Assembly: GCA_002898395.1 (NCBI GenBank) | Contig: BEHE01000007.1 | Span: 22,872-86,871 of the forward strand | From: Candidatus Calditenuaceae archaeon HR02 | Lineage (GTDB): Archaea > Thermoproteota > Nitrososphaeria_A > Caldarchaeales > Calditenuaceae | DNA length: 64,000 bases | Direction: 5' to 3' | Shown: piece by piece, positions 39,578-50,811 of the stretch | How the letters are laid out: the number at the start of each line of letters is the position of its first letter | Position numbering within the stretch: position 1 is the stretch's first letter | Notes under the pieces: generated by a model | The model's database searches: none | What the model was told of the DNA's origin: nothing | The model's input: the letters and a program-made list of their open reading frames with translations, nothing else | Program-made: the position numbers and the translations under genes

Positions 39578-39928
39578 CTACTCGATGAGCGAGTGGTGGT
39601 GTCCCCCACAGCTGCAAGTCGACTGCTCATTCGGGTTCTTCACGACGAACCCCTCCACACCCCCCGCCTCGACGTAGTCTATCTCGGAGCCGGTGATGAG
39701 TGATGCACTGTATTTATCTACGACAACTCTGATACCATTGTTCTGGATGACAATATCATCTTCCAACACCTCATTGTCTAGAACCATACCGTAGCGGTAG
39801 CCGCAGCACCCCTGCCCCATCACAAAAACCCTGAGCACTAGCCCCTCCCCCTCACCAGCTAGGTGCTCCCTGATTTTGAGGGCTGCCCTCTCAGTTAGGT
39901 TAATCCTGAACTCCTGCATCACGGCCAT
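39578..39928 (-). CDS. HesB/IscA Fe-S cluster carrier
   Basis: LTERAA, GCCGY.Y, IDY, NPN...TCSCG; ATG 39928 chosen. Confidence 0.9.
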   Translation of the reverse strand: MAVMQEFRINLTERAALKIREHLAGEGEGLVLRVFVMGQGCCGYRYGMVLDNEVLEDDIVIQNNGIRVVVDKYSASLITGSEIDYVEAGGVEGFVVKNPNEQSTCSCGGHHHSLIE

Positions 39929-40172
39929 ATCGAGGCCCCCTTCTAAATAATCCTTGTCCCAGTCCTCAATAATGAGTCCCAACACCGGTCCCGCATCTGT
40001 TTGGCCACCTAGCCCGCAAAACAAGCGTGGTGCTTACAGGCCTATAGTGCGGCTCGCAGCCGGGTAGGATAAGTTAATAAAGGGATTCTAACGTTTTTTC
40101 TCCAAGTGAATTCGGTTATAGGGATGGTGGTGTATTCTGCCCCAGAAGTCTTCTAAATCTAAAAAGTCTGAG

Positions 40173-40427
40173 GTGAAAGAGGCTCCATCGGCTGTCTCGA
40201 TACTTGAGCATGAGCTGGTCCCGAAGCACGAGATTATGAGCCCAGAAGAGGTCGAAGAGCTATTAGGCAGATATAGGATAACTCTGAACGAGCTTCCAAG
40301 GATACTTGCCAGCGACCCAGTGGTACGCGAGATAGGAGCCAAGCCCGGCGACGTCCTTAGAATACATAGAAGATCACTCACCGCCGGACTCTCATACTAC
40401 TATAGAGTGGTGGTGAGGGAGGAGTGA
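40173..40427 (+). CDS. rpoH: RNA polymerase subunit Rpo5 (H)
   Basis: [26 protein letters not shown]; start may be CTG 40137. Confidence 0.95.
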   Translation: MKEAPSAVSILEHELVPKHEIMSPEEVEELLGRYRITLNELPRILASDPVVREIGAKPGDVLRIHRRSLTAGLSYYYRVVVREE

Positions 40428-43400
40428 AGGCCAAGCCTGCCTCTGAGCAGCCAATTCTAACGAGCGAAGACTTGATGAAGGTCGCCGAGGCCTATATCGA
40501 CGACGCCGGCCTAATCAACCATCACCTAATGTCGTACGATTACTTCGTCAAGGAGGGTCTCAAGAACCTAATAATGAGTATGAGCCCGGTCGAGATTAAG
40601 GCGAGAGGTAAGGCAGAGCTAAAGTTCGAGAGTGTCGAGATAGGATCTCCGAGGATCGTCGAGATTGATGGGATGGTCAGGGAGGATGTAACGCCAATGG
40701 AGTGTAGGCTAAGAAACCTAACCTACTCGGCCCCAATCTACGTCAAGATGAGCCTATATGTTGATGACAAGCCGGTAGTTGTTGCTGAGCGGGTCCTTAT
40801 CGGCTCGATCCCCATCATGGTTAAGTCCTCTATCTGTCCGCTGAGCAGGATGACTCCTGAAGAGCTGGCGGCTATAGGTGAAGATCCGTTAGACCCGGGT
40901 GGCTACTTCATCATAAACGGTTCAGAGAGGGTTATAGTGGCGATAGAGGATCTCTCACCTAACAAGGTCCTCGTGACTGTGAAGGATCAGAAGGAGAATC
41001 CCCAGTACTCGGCGATGCTTCTCTCATCCTCGCAGGGTAGGATGAGTAAGGTTGAGGTCACCTATAAGCCCGGAGGCCCCATAAAGGTCTTTTTCTCGAG
41101 GATCTACAAGGGTATTCCCTTAATAGTAATGTTGAGGGCTCTCGGGCTGACTAAGGATAGCGAGATAGTTAATCTAATCTCGAATAATTCCGCGATACAA
41201 GAACTTCTCGAGCCATCCTTCAGGGAGGCTGAGGGTGTTGAGACGGCGGATGACGCCCTAGTGTACATAGGGAATAGGATAGCTTTTGGCTATGCCGAGG
41301 AGTATAGAAAACAGCGGGCTGAGCAGATGATAGACAACATATTCATGCTCCACGTAGGGACGACCCCCGACGCGAGATACAAGAAAGGGATACTCCTGTG
41401 CGATATAGTCGGTAAGCTACTGGAGACAAGCGTGGGCCTCAGGAAGCCCTCGGACAAGGACCACTATGGGAACAAGAGGATAAAGCTTGAGAATCCTTTG
41501 CTCACAGAACTATATAGAATGGCGCTCACCAAGCTGATCCGAGACGTCAAGTATCAACTTGAGAAGAGCATGGCATCACGCTACCCGATCACGATTTCAC
41601 CATTCGTTAAGCCCAGCATAGTTAATGACGTTGTTGTCCACGCATTTGCGACTGGGAACTGGCCGGGTGGAAGGGTTGGCGTAACACAGCTGTTGAATAG
41701 AACCAATTATCTCGCCACCATCAGCCATTTGAGGAGGGTTCAGTCGCCTCTGAGTCGTAGCCAGGCACACTTCGAGGCAAGGGATCTGCATGGGACGCAC
41801 TGGGGTAGGATATGCCCTGTTGAGACGCCTGAGGGTGCGAATTCCGGGCTTGTCAAAAACTTTGCTCTCGGCGCCGAAGTTACAGTCCCACTCTCGCAGC
41901 AGGACAGGATCGAGTTGAAGAGAAGGCTCGTCGACCTTGGCATGGTCGGCGTGTTTGTAGCTCTTGACGAGCGGAGGCGCGGACGGAAGAGGACATACGG
42001 CGCAAAGGTCTACCTCGACAACGAGCTGATAGGCTACCACCCAGACGGTCGGGCGCTTGTCCGCGAGCTTAGAGCCCTCCGCAGAAAGGGTGAGATAAGC
42101 CCCGCCGTCAATATCTGTCTAAACGAGTACCCACACATCCAAGAAGTCGAGATTTACACCGACGAAGGTAGGGTAAGGAGGCCGTTAATAGTGGTGGAGG
42201 ATGGTGTGCCCAGCATCTCGAGGGCGATGATAGACTCGCTGTCTAATGGGACATTCAGGTTCAGGGACCTAGTCTCAATCGGTGCTGTAGAGTTCTTAGA
42301 CGCGTCTGAGGAGGAGAACGTCTTGGTCGCCATCTCTCCGGAAAGCTTGACACCTAATCACAACTATCTAGATGTCTCGCCTCTCCTAGTAATGGGTGCA
42401 GTAGCCTCAATCATACCATACAGTAACCATAACCAGTCGCCGAGAAACGTCTACGAGGCCTCAATGGCTAAACAGGCACTAGGAGTTCCCCTAACGAGCC
42501 TAAACCTGAGGACAGACTCTAGGCTCCACCTACTGGTCTACCCCCAGAAGCCTCTAGTGTATACGCGCTTCATGAAGCGGCTCTCACTAACAGAGAGGCC
42601 AATCGGCCAAAACCTGGTCGTTGCTGTCTTGACGGGCTATGGATACAACATGGAGGACGCTGTTGTCCTTAACAAGTCATCTATTGAGCGCGGCGTGGGC
42701 TACAGCATCAGCTATAGGACCTATGAGGTGGAGGCTAAACAATACATTGGCGGAGAGAAGGATAGGCTTGGCATACCTGAACCGAGTGTGAGGGGCTACA
42801 GGGGCGAGCAGTGCTACCGCGCCCTTGACTCCGATGGGCTTGCCTTCCCCGAGTCAGAGGTTGTGGGAGGGATGGCTATCGTCGGAATGGTCAGCCCACC
42901 CAGGTTTATGGAAGAATACATGAGAGCCCCTGCCAGGGAGATGGTCTGGAGAGACTCGTCTGAGGTCGTTAAGCCTACAGAGGCCGGTGTGGTTGATACC
43001 ATCTTTGTTACTAAGACGCTCGAAGAGACCACTCTGGTCAAAGCCAGGATCAGAACTGACTGCTTTGCAGAAATTGGGGACAAATTCGCGTCAAGGCATG
43101 GTCAGAAGGGTGTTGTAGGCATGCTCTTTCCGCAGGCCGACATGCCCTACACAGCCAGCGGCATCGTACCCGACCTGATAATTAATCCACACGCATTCCC
43201 ATCGAGAATGACTGTCGGACAGCTGATTGAGAGCCTCGCTGGGAAACTCGCAGCGCTGAAGGGTGAGGAGGTCGACGGCTCACCATTCATAGGCAAACCC
43301 CTCGAGGAGATAGAGGCTGAGCTAGAGGCTCTCGGATTTAAGGGGGCTGGAACTGAGGTAATGTACGACGGCCTTACAGGCAGAAAGTATGAGGTTGAGA

Positions 43401-43819
43401 TATTCGTAGGAGTGGTGTATTATCAGAGACTACACCATCTGGTCCGCGATAAGATACACGCTAGGTCTAGGGGCCAGGTCCAGATACTGACGAGGCAGCC
43501 TACTGAGGGTCGCTCCCGCGGTGGAGGACTGAAGTTTGGGGAGATGGAGAGAGACTGCCTAATAGCTTACGGGGCAAGCTACCTACTCCTCGACAGGCTG
43601 CTCGAGCAGAGCGACAAGTATTCCGCATACTTCTGCGAGAAGTGTGGTCTACCGGCATACTACGACCTTAAGCAGAACCAGCTTATCTGCCCAGTGCACG
43701 GTAAGGACTTCTCAGGCGTCCAGGTCTCTATGTCGTACGCATTCTTCCTCCTCCTGAACGAGCTCTTAGCCATGTGTATCTATCCAAGGCTCATCTTCGA
43801 GGAGGTGGGTGGGAGCTGA
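40424..43819 (+). CDS. rpoB: RNA polymerase subunit Rpo2 (B, unsplit)
   Basis: [35 protein letters not shown]. Confidence 0.98.
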   Translation: MKAKPASEQPILTSEDLMKVAEAYIDDAGLINHHLMSYDYFVKEGLKNLIMSMSPVEIKARGKAELKFESVEIGSPRIVEIDGMVREDVTPMECRLRNLTYSAPIYVKMSLYVDDKPVVVAERVLIGSIPIMVKSSICPLSRMTPEELAAIGEDPLDPGGYFIINGSERVIVAIEDLSPNKVLVTVKDQKENPQYSAMLLSSSQGRMSKVEVTYKPGGPIKVFFSRIYKGIPLIVMLRALGLTKDSEIVNLISNNSAIQELLEPSFREAEGVETADDALVYIGNRIAFGYAEEYRKQRAEQMIDNIFMLHVGTTPDARYKKGILLCDIVGKLLETSVGLRKPSDKDHYGNKRIKLENPLLTELYRMALTKLIRDVKYQLEKSMASRYPITISPFVKPSIVNDVVVHAFATGNWPGGRVGVTQLLNRTNYLATISHLRRVQSPLSRSQAHFEARDLHGTHWGRICPVETPEGANSGLVKNFALGAEVTVPLSQQDRIELKRRLVDLGMVGVFVALDERRRGRKRTYGAKVYLDNELIGYHPDGRALVRELRALRRKGEISPAVNICLNEYPHIQEVEIYTDEGRVRRPLIVVEDGVPSISRAMIDSLSNGTFRFRDLVSIGAVEFLDASEEENVLVAISPESLTPNHNYLDVSPLLVMGAVASIIPYSNHNQSPRNVYEASMAKQALGVPLTSLNLRTDSRLHLLVYPQKPLVYTRFMKRLSLTERPIGQNLVVAVLTGYGYNMEDAVVLNKSSIERGVGYSISYRTYEVEAKQYIGGEKDRLGIPEPSVRGYRGEQCYRALDSDGLAFPESEVVGGMAIVGMVSPPRFMEEYMRAPAREMVWRDSSEVVKPTEAGVVDTIFVTKTLEETTLVKARIRTDCFAEIGDKFASRHGQKGVVGMLFPQADMPYTASGIVPDLIINPHAFPSRMTVGQLIESLAGKLAALKGEEVDGSPFIGKPLEEIEAELEALGFKGAGTEVMYDGLTGRKYEVEIFVGVVYYQRLHHLVRDKIHARSRGQVQILTRQPTEGRSRGGGLKFGEMERDCLIAYGASYLLLDRLLEQSDKYSAYFCEKCGLPAYYDLKQNQLICPVHGKDFSGVQVSMSYAFFLLLNELLAMCIYPRLIFEEVGGS

Positions 43820-46800
43820 GGGGAGTAATATCGGCGATTAAGTTCGGCATACTTCCGCCAAACCTAATCAGGAGTATGAGTGTTGTAGAGGTACAGAGCC
43901 CAGACACCTATGACGAGGACGGGATGCCGATACCGACAGGCGTCATGGACCCAATGCTGGGTACTCTAGAGCCTGGACAGAGGTGCAAGACCTGCGGAAA
44001 CACCTACATCTCTTGCCCGGGGCATTTTGGGCACATAGAACTTGCAGTCCCCGTTATACACATAGGATTCGTCAAGATTATTCATGAACTGCTGAGGTGT
44101 ACGTGCAGGTCCTGCGGTAGACTACTGCTAAGCCAGAGCGACATCGAAGAGACTAGGGCTAGACTAAGGCAGCTGAAGCAGGAGGGGAGGATGTATAGAC
44201 ACCTCTTCTACAAGGTTAAGCAAAAGGCAATGGCCACCCAGACCTGCCCACACTGTGGTGAGAAACAGTTTAAGATAGAGCTGGAGAAGCCTTCCACTTT
44301 TGTCGAATCAACTCCGCAGGGGGCGGTCAGGCTTACAGCAGGCTCCGTGAGGCAGAGGCTTGAGAGGATACCGGACTCAGACCTTGAACTACTCGACATC
44401 GACCCCCAGTCGTCACGTCCGGAGTGGATGGTCCTAACAGTCCTCCCCGTTCCCCCTGTCTATGTAAGACCCTCAATAACGCTTGAGAGCAATTACCGCT
44501 CTGAGGACGACCTAACCCACAAGCTTGTCGACATTCTGAGGGTAAATCAAAGGCTGAAGGAAAGCATAGCTGCGGCGGCACCCTCACCCGTCATAGCCGA
44601 GCTCTCAGACCTACTACAATATCACGTAACAACCTACATCAATAACGAGACGATAGGAGTCTCACCGGCCCAGCATAGGTCGGGCAGAATACTGAAGACG
44701 CTCGCCCAGAGGCTTAAGGGTAAGGAGGGGCGCTTCAGGCTTAACCTTTCTGGGAAACGCGTCGACTTCTCCGCGCGCACGGTCATCTCACCCGACCCCC
44801 TCATAGACTTCGACGAGGTGGGTGTCCCACTCGAGATAGCTATGCAGCTCACCGTGCCGGAAGTCGTCACTCCATGGAATAAGGAGAAGCTGAAGGAGAT
44901 GGTGAGGAACGGGCCTGACAAGTATCCAGGAGCAAAATACGTGATAAAGCCTGACAGGAAGATGATTCGTTTGAAGAATGTTCAGAACTTGGATGAGGTT
45001 GCTGAGAGCCTTGAGGAAGGGTGGATTGTGGAGAGACATCTAAGAGACGGCGACATTGTACTCTTCAATAGGCAGCCGAGCCTACACCGAGTCTCCATTA
45101 TGGCTCACCGCGTCAGAGTACTCCCCTACAAGACCTTCAGGCTCAACTTGGCGGTATGCACACCCTATAACGCCGACTTCGACGGCGACGAGATGAACCT
45201 CCATGTCCCGCAGAGTGAGGAAGCTCAGGCGGAGGCCAGACTCCTACTACAGGTCCAGCGCAATATAATCTCCGCCAGATATGGCGCACCGATTATAGGT
45301 GCGATCAGAGACTTCTTGACCTCGCTCTACCTGTTGACAAAGGACGGCACATATGTTGATAAGCAGACGCTAGGATACCTCCTCTCAGCCATAGGCTATA
45401 AGGGTGAGCTACCTCCACCTGAGAAGACAGATCCTCAGCCGCTATGGAGTGGTAAGCAGGTGTTCAGCCTACTCCTGCCACCCACCCTATCACACAGGGT
45501 TCAGTCCAACTTCAGCTCAGATACACAGGTAGTAATAGAGAGGGGGAAACTTGTCCAGGGATTTATTGATAAGGCTATAGTGGGTGTAGAAAAGGCCAAC
45601 AGCGTACTGCACAGAATATTCAGGGAATACGGCTACGAAGAGGCTGCAAGGTTCCTCAACGGAGTTATCAGGCTCGCAAACACATACTTAAACCTCCGCG
45701 GCTTCACATTCGGCATAGAGAGTCTAACGGTGCCCGAGGAAGTATACAGACAGGTCCAATCATACCTCCATAAGATGGAGAAGGAGTTCCAGCAACTAAA
45801 ATCCGACTATGAGAAGGGGAGACTAGAGGTTAAGCCCGGTGAGACTCCTGAGAAGGCTTTTGAGTCCGAGATACTCGAGCTACTCTCCAGGACTAGGGAC
45901 GAGATTGGCGGCTTCGTTAGGAAGTTCGTCTCCACAGACAACCCACTAGTCGTCATGGCGAGGACCGGTGCGAGGGGAAGCTCCCTGAACATAGACCAGA
46001 TGATTGCAATCGTGGGTCAACAGGCAGTTAGGAGGGAGAGGCCTAGCAGGGGATTTACCGATAGGGTCTTAACATTCTTCGACAGGGGCGACCTATCTCC
46101 TCGTGCCAGGGGCTTCGTCTACAACCCATTCATCAAGGGCTTTGACCCGATAGAGTTCTTCTTCCACCTGATGGGCGGCAGGGATGGGCTTGTCGACACT
46201 GCCGTCAGGACGCAGCAGAGCGGCTACATGCAGCGGAGGCTCATAAATGCTCTCGAATCACTCTACGTAGAGTTTGACGGCTCGGTCAGGATGTCAGACA
46301 CTAAGAAGATAGTTCAATTCCTTTACGGCGAGGATGGTGTTGACCCTGGCAAGAGCGACCACGGTAAGCCGTTTATCCCAGCCAATATAATCTCGCAAGT
46401 CCTGATGGAGGAGCGGGACACAGGAAGCCCGGCTGCACCAGATGATGTCGAGGCTGTTGCCAAGAAGTATGAAGGGCTAATGCCCTTGTCAGCTATTCAG
46501 GAGTTATCGGACGCCTGTCTCAAACTCAAGGTCCCGAGGGGTGCTGTCGAGAGGGTTTTCGCGACTGCCTACCGTGTATATCTCCAGAGCATGGTTGAGG
46601 CGGGAGACCCTGTCGGCATTATCGCCGCCCAATCCCTAGGGGAGCCTGGAACCCAGCTCACTCTCAGGACCTTCCACTTCGCTGGTGTTAGGGAGCAGAG
46701 CATTCTCGTAGGACTCCCCCGGCTTATCGAGATAATCGACGCCAGGAGAGCCCCCTCCACACCTATGATGTATATCTATCTTAAACCTCCTTACAATCAG

Positions 46801-47622
46801 GACTCTAAGCTCGCCAGGAAGATCGCCAGCAGGCTCCAATACATAAGTGTCGGAGACGTTGTAGATGAGATTAGGATAGAGGCGCGAACCGGCAACATAA
46901 TACTCATGCTCGACGAGGAAGCCTTGAGGGAGCTGTCCGTGACGAGGGAGGAGTTGAGCCAGGCCTTGAAGCCTTACAGGCCCAAGTTCATCGAGTCTAA
47001 ACGGGCTGTCTCCCTAACTGTTAAGGAGGTTGAACATGATTCTCTAGAGCTTTTGAAGACCAGGATACTTAACACGAGGCTGAGGGGTGTGAAGAGGATA
47101 ACAAAGGCTGTGGTCAGGAAGAAGAGTGGTGAATACCTCATACAGACAGAGGGCTCAAACCTCAAGGAGGTCATGTCCTTGCCTGAAGTTGATTTCAGGA
47201 GGGTTAGGACGAATGACATTCACGAGGTGGCCTCTGTCCTCGGGGTTGAGGCTGCGAGGCAGCTCATAGTTGAGGAGGCTCAACAGCTCTTGAGGGAGCA
47301 GGGGCTCGACGTAGACGTCAGACACCTGCTATTACTGGCAGACGCCATGACCCTGGATGGAAGGGTTAGGCAGGTTGGGAGGCATGGTGTCGTGAGGCTG
47401 AAGTCGAGCGTCCTTGCGAGGGCTGCCTTCGAGATTAGCTTCCAGACACTGGTTGAGGCTGCGGCCTCTGGCGAGGTCGACCACCTGCAGGGAAACATTG
47501 AGAGGATATTAATAGGCAGGGAGGTTCCTGTCGGTACTGGCAGGGTGGACCTCCTAATGAGATATAGCGACCTCCTGCCGAACCAGAATAGCAGCTCCGG
47601 CTCAGATGCAGGTGAGAAGTAA
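43774..47622 (+). CDS. rpoA: RNA polymerase subunit Rpo1 (A'A'' unsplit)
   Basis: NADFDGDEMN and GEPGTQLTLRTFH in one ORF; true start probably CTG 43816. Confidence 0.97.
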   Translation: MYLSKAHLRGGGWELRGVISAIKFGILPPNLIRSMSVVEVQSPDTYDEDGMPIPTGVMDPMLGTLEPGQRCKTCGNTYISCPGHFGHIELAVPVIHIGFVKIIHELLRCTCRSCGRLLLSQSDIEETRARLRQLKQEGRMYRHLFYKVKQKAMATQTCPHCGEKQFKIELEKPSTFVESTPQGAVRLTAGSVRQRLERIPDSDLELLDIDPQSSRPEWMVLTVLPVPPVYVRPSITLESNYRSEDDLTHKLVDILRVNQRLKESIAAAAPSPVIAELSDLLQYHVTTYINNETIGVSPAQHRSGRILKTLAQRLKGKEGRFRLNLSGKRVDFSARTVISPDPLIDFDEVGVPLEIAMQLTVPEVVTPWNKEKLKEMVRNGPDKYPGAKYVIKPDRKMIRLKNVQNLDEVAESLEEGWIVERHLRDGDIVLFNRQPSLHRVSIMAHRVRVLPYKTFRLNLAVCTPYNADFDGDEMNLHVPQSEEAQAEARLLLQVQRNIISARYGAPIIGAIRDFLTSLYLLTKDGTYVDKQTLGYLLSAIGYKGELPPPEKTDPQPLWSGKQVFSLLLPPTLSHRVQSNFSSDTQVVIERGKLVQGFIDKAIVGVEKANSVLHRIFREYGYEEAARFLNGVIRLANTYLNLRGFTFGIESLTVPEEVYRQVQSYLHKMEKEFQQLKSDYEKGRLEVKPGETPEKAFESEILELLSRTRDEIGGFVRKFVSTDNPLVVMARTGARGSSLNIDQMIAIVGQQAVRRERPSRGFTDRVLTFFDRGDLSPRARGFVYNPFIKGFDPIEFFFHLMGGRDGLVDTAVRTQQSGYMQRRLINALESLYVEFDGSVRMSDTKKIVQFLYGEDGVDPGKSDHGKPFIPANIISQVLMEERDTGSPAAPDDVEAVAKKYEGLMPLSAIQELSDACLKLKVPRGAVERVFATAYRVYLQSMVEAGDPVGIIAAQSLGEPGTQLTLRTFHFAGVREQSILVGLPRLIEIIDARRAPSTPMMYIYLKPPYNQDSKLARKIASRLQYISVGDVVDEIRIEARTGNIILMLDEEALRELSVTREELSQALKPYRPKFIESKRAVSLTVKEVEHDSLELLKTRILNTRLRGVKRITKAVVRKKSGEYLIQTEGSNLKEVMSLPEVDFRRVRTNDIHEVASVLGVEAARQLIVEEAQQLLREQGLDVDVRHLLLLADAMTLDGRVRQVGRHGVVRLKSSVLARAAFEISFQTLVEAAASGEVDHLQGNIERILIGREVPVGTGRVDLLMRYSDLLPNQNSSSGSDAGEK

Positions 47623-47918
47623 TGGACGTGAGGAAGGAGCTTGGGGTTATCAGGCTTACCGGGAAATACCTCATCGGGTTTCGGCAGAGCTATATAAGCG
47701 TAGTGAGGAGGTCAGCCAAGGCTGTGGTCCTAGCCAGTAACTGCCCGGATGACATGAGGCAGAAGCTGGAGCTTGCAGCTAAGATCTCTGAAACGCCTAT
47801 AATTTACTCGGACCTGACAGCCAGGGAGATAGGCCAGGCGCTAGGTAAACCGTTCAGCGCATCAACCGTTGCGATAATCGACCCCGGCAACTCGTCACTA
47901 TTGGGCGAGGCTAGTTGA
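47622..47918 (+). CDS. rpl30e: Ribosomal protein L30e
   Basis: TGK..IG, LASNCP, G.ALGKPF, IIDPGNS; conserved position after rpoA. Confidence 0.93.
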   Translation: MDVRKELGVIRLTGKYLIGFRQSYISVVRRSAKAVVLASNCPDDMRQKLELAAKISETPIIYSDLTAREIGQALGKPFSASTVAIIDPGNSSLLGEAS

Positions 47919-48349
47919 CGGACGAGGAGATCAAGCTAACAGAGCGTGAGATGAGGCTTGTATCGCTTTTCCAGAGCTACACTGGGGCGACAGTGCTGGA
48001 CTGCCTAGCCGACGATGATCAGATTGTCTTCTTGGTTAGGGAGGGCGAGTTCGGCCGCGCCATCGGTAAGAAAGGAGTAAAAATACAGGAGTTGTCAAAC
48101 CTATTGAAGAAGAGGCTGAAGGTCGTGGAATACTGTGGCGACGCCGCCTCCTTCCTATCAAACGCGGTGAAACCCGCAAAGGCACGGGAGGTCAAGATAG
48201 TTCCCGGCAAGGACGGGCAGCTTACAGCCATCATCAGGGTTGACCCAGAGGATAAGGCGATGGTGATTGGGAGGGGCGGCCGGAACGTGGGGATAGTGCG
48301 GCGAATGGCCAAGAGACACTTCAAGATCGAGCGCGTCGTGATAGAATAG
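47915..48349 (+). CDS. nusA: Archaeal NusA (KH domains)
   Basis: AIGKKG, KVVEY, VIGRGGRN. Confidence 0.93.
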   Translation: MTDEEIKLTEREMRLVSLFQSYTGATVLDCLADDDQIVFLVREGEFGRAIGKKGVKIQELSNLLKKRLKVVEYCGDAASFLSNAVKPAKAREVKIVPGKDGQLTAIIRVDPEDKAMVIGRGGRNVGIVRRMAKRHFKIERVVIE

Positions 48350-48711
48350 CTCCGCCGCCACCTTACTCCCCACTCTTCCTCGGTTCTCGAACCCTCATTC
48401 GGCGGTCTCTAAGCCTTGGACCGAAATTATTGATTCTTTTCAGCAATCCGTAGGGAGGAGTTATTATGATCAGGCGCCTTTGAGACCTCCTCTAGACGGT
48501 GTGGATGAGCTTAAGCGTGAACGTGGGCTTATACTGCATCCTGGATGGAATATGAGAGGCTTATGTGGTATATGCAGACCTTTAATCACGGTCAGGTAAG
48601 AGTAGGTTGAGGCGATATGACTCAATGCTTTTATAGAGGAGTGCGGTGATAGCAACTATTTTTCGCCGAGGGGTCTTAAGCTATTTCTATACCGGGGTCT
48701 CCGTCTTAGTC

Positions 48712-49731
48712 GTGAGCCCTGTAGCAAAGAGGGGTGAGGCTCGCGAGGACGGTGAGGAGGTGGACATCTACAGCCTAGCAGATCTGAGGGGCGTGGGTGA
48801 GGCTACTAAAGAGAAGCTAGCCTCCATAGGCATATACAGCCTGCTGGACCTGGCAGCGGCCTCCCCCCGCGAGCTGGTTGAGGCTGGTATTGATGCGAAG
48901 AAGGCCGAGGAGCTCTGTCTCCAGGCCAGGCTCCTGCTGGTCAGCAGCGGGTTCCTAGACTCGGAGCTTATGACTGGGAAGGAGGTCTTGGAGAGGAGGA
49001 AGAGTCTTGAGAGGGTAACTACTGGTTGCCTGTCTCTTGACAACTTGCTGTTGGGCGGGGTGGAGACTCAGGCTGTGACTGAGCTGGTAGGCGAGTATGG
49101 GTGTGGGAAGACGCAGATATGCCACACCCTCTGCGTCACTGTCCAGCTCCCGAGGGAGAAGGGCGGCCTCTCCGCGGGGGCAATATACATCGACACCGAG
49201 TCGACTTTTAGGCCTGAGCGGATCTACGAGATAGCCAAGGCCCGGGGCCTAAACCCTGACAAGGTCTTGGAGAATGTCGTGGTGTCGGAGGTATATAACT
49301 CGAGCCACCTCCAGCTCGTTGTTAAAGAGCTTGGGAGGCACTTGGAGAAGTATAAGGCTAGGCTCGTTGTCGTAGACTCGATCATCTCACACTTCAGGGC
49401 AGACTATGTGGGTAGAGAGAATCTCTCTGAGAGGCAGCAGAAGCTTAACGCGACGCTCCACCGGCTGCTCAGGCTGGCCGAGATAAGGAATGTGGCGGTA
49501 GTGGTTACTAACCAGGTCATCGGAGACCCCGGCGCCTTTTATGGGAACCCCACGAAGCCCAGCGGAGGGCACGTCCTAGCCCACAGCACGACGTATAGAG
49601 TGTTCCTGAGGAGGGGGCCGGATGACACGAGAGTAGCCAAGATAATGGACAGCCCCTACCACCCGTCTGACCTAGAGGCGCGATTTAGAATCTCGGCGAA
49701 GGGCATAGAGGACGCGGAGCCTAGGCGGTAG
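48712..49731 (+). CDS. radA: RadA recombinase (possibly a paralog)
   Basis: N-terminal HhH, LGGVETQAVTE.VGEYGCGKTQ, YIDTE.TFRPER, VTNQV; GTG 48712 chosen. Confidence 0.9.
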   Translation: MSPVAKRGEAREDGEEVDIYSLADLRGVGEATKEKLASIGIYSLLDLAAASPRELVEAGIDAKKAEELCLQARLLLVSSGFLDSELMTGKEVLERRKSLERVTTGCLSLDNLLLGGVETQAVTELVGEYGCGKTQICHTLCVTVQLPREKGGLSAGAIYIDTESTFRPERIYEIAKARGLNPDKVLENVVVSEVYNSSHLQLVVKELGRHLEKYKARLVVVDSIISHFRADYVGRENLSERQQKLNATLHRLLRLAEIRNVAVVVTNQVIGDPGAFYGNPTKPSGGHVLAHSTTYRVFLRRGPDDTRVAKIMDSPYHPSDLEARFRISAKGIEDAEPRR

Positions 49732-49773
49732 TGAGTGGCTGGCGAGGTGGTCTCCCCTCGGATGCGCTGGTGA

Positions 49774-50490
49774 GTGTTGATGAAGCGGGCTTCCGAGCTG
49801 ATGCTTCTCCGCCGCCCAGTATCCACCGGTCTGGAGCGGCTTGACGCGCTGATAGGTGGGCTCTGGCCTGGAGCCCTGCACATCCTCTACGGTGACCAGG
49901 AGGTCACAGACCTCGTGCTCTACAGGCTGATGGTTGAGGCCTCGAAGCATGGGCGGGTGGCTTATCTGAACAACACCGACTACTATGGCGAGAAGACCCT
50001 CGTCGACGCGACAACCCTCTCGACGGTCTCGAAGATGGCTGGTGTGGAGCCTCTCAAGGCCCTATCAGCAATACGTTGCGCCGCGGCCTTCAACGCTAGG
50101 AGGCAGGTCTTCGCGGCTGAGAAGCTCGTGGAGGACATCGTGGAGAGGGGGAGGGTGTCGCTAATAGTCGTGCACAACGCCTCTGCGTTCCTGGATAGGG
50201 AGGGCTCCGAGGCCTCGTCCGCCCTAGTCAAGTCGGTCTCAATCCTCATGGAGGCCGCCTCCAGAGCCTCTATACCGCTGGTGGTCACGGCTCAGTCTAT
50301 AGGAGACACCCCAGACCCGCGCCGAGCCATTCCCAGGCTCCCCGCCCAGCTCATACATAGGGCTTCGGTGATAGTGTTTTTTCGCCCTGAGGCCCTCGGG
50401 CCCAGTAGCCAGGCTCGTCAAACATGCCTCGCTGCCTACCCCGCGGTCGGTCTCCCTCGGCTCCACCCCCTGGCTGGTGGTCTTGGGTAG
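49774..50490 (+). CDS. Inactivated RadA/RecA-like protein
   Basis: STGLERLDALIGGL start but Walker A degenerate (YGDQEVT); C-terminus appears frameshifted. Confidence 0.75.
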   Translation: MLMKRASELMLLRRPVSTGLERLDALIGGLWPGALHILYGDQEVTDLVLYRLMVEASKHGRVAYLNNTDYYGEKTLVDATTLSTVSKMAGVEPLKALSAIRCAAAFNARRQVFAAEKLVEDIVERGRVSLIVVHNASAFLDREGSEASSALVKSVSILMEAASRASIPLVVTAQSIGDTPDPRRAIPRLPAQLIHRASVIVFFRPEALGPSSQARQTCLAAYPAVGLPRLHPLAGGLG

Positions 50491-50779
50491 GATAACACCC
50501 CCCTTCAGACAGCTCTACAGGCAGGTGGTCGAGCGGCTTAGGAAGGCCTATAGGCCGCTCCTCAGGGAGGAGAGGCATAGGAGAGCCCTGGACACGCTAA
50601 TCAGGGAGGTCTGGGGCCAGGAGCACGCCGCGATGGGCGGGTTGGGAGAGATAACGATCCTAGACTCGATGAATCTGGCGGCCAACATACACAACAAGGC
50701 CGAGATAGAGGAGCTGAAGAAGAGGATCGCTGAGATTGAGGCCCGGCTCAGGGATATGGGGAGGGTGTCTAGCGGCTGA
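50477..50779 (+). CDS. Small PolB2-associated coiled-coil protein
   Basis: GRITPPFR motif; sits between inactive RadA and PolB2. Confidence 0.7.
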   Translation: MVLGRITPPFRQLYRQVVERLRKAYRPLLREERHRRALDTLIREVWGQEHAAMGGLGEITILDSMNLAANIHNKAEIEELKKRIAEIEARLRDMGRVSSG

Positions 50780-50811
50780 GGAGGATAGAGGGCTGGATAC
50801 TCGACGCATAT

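Noticed and set aside
39940-40080. Structured RNA or N-terminal extension of iscA
   Set aside because: No recognisable family; ATG 39928 with an RBS explains the gene
48460-48620. RelE-like toxin remnant (VGLYCIL)
   Set aside because: Similarity too weak and interrupted by stops
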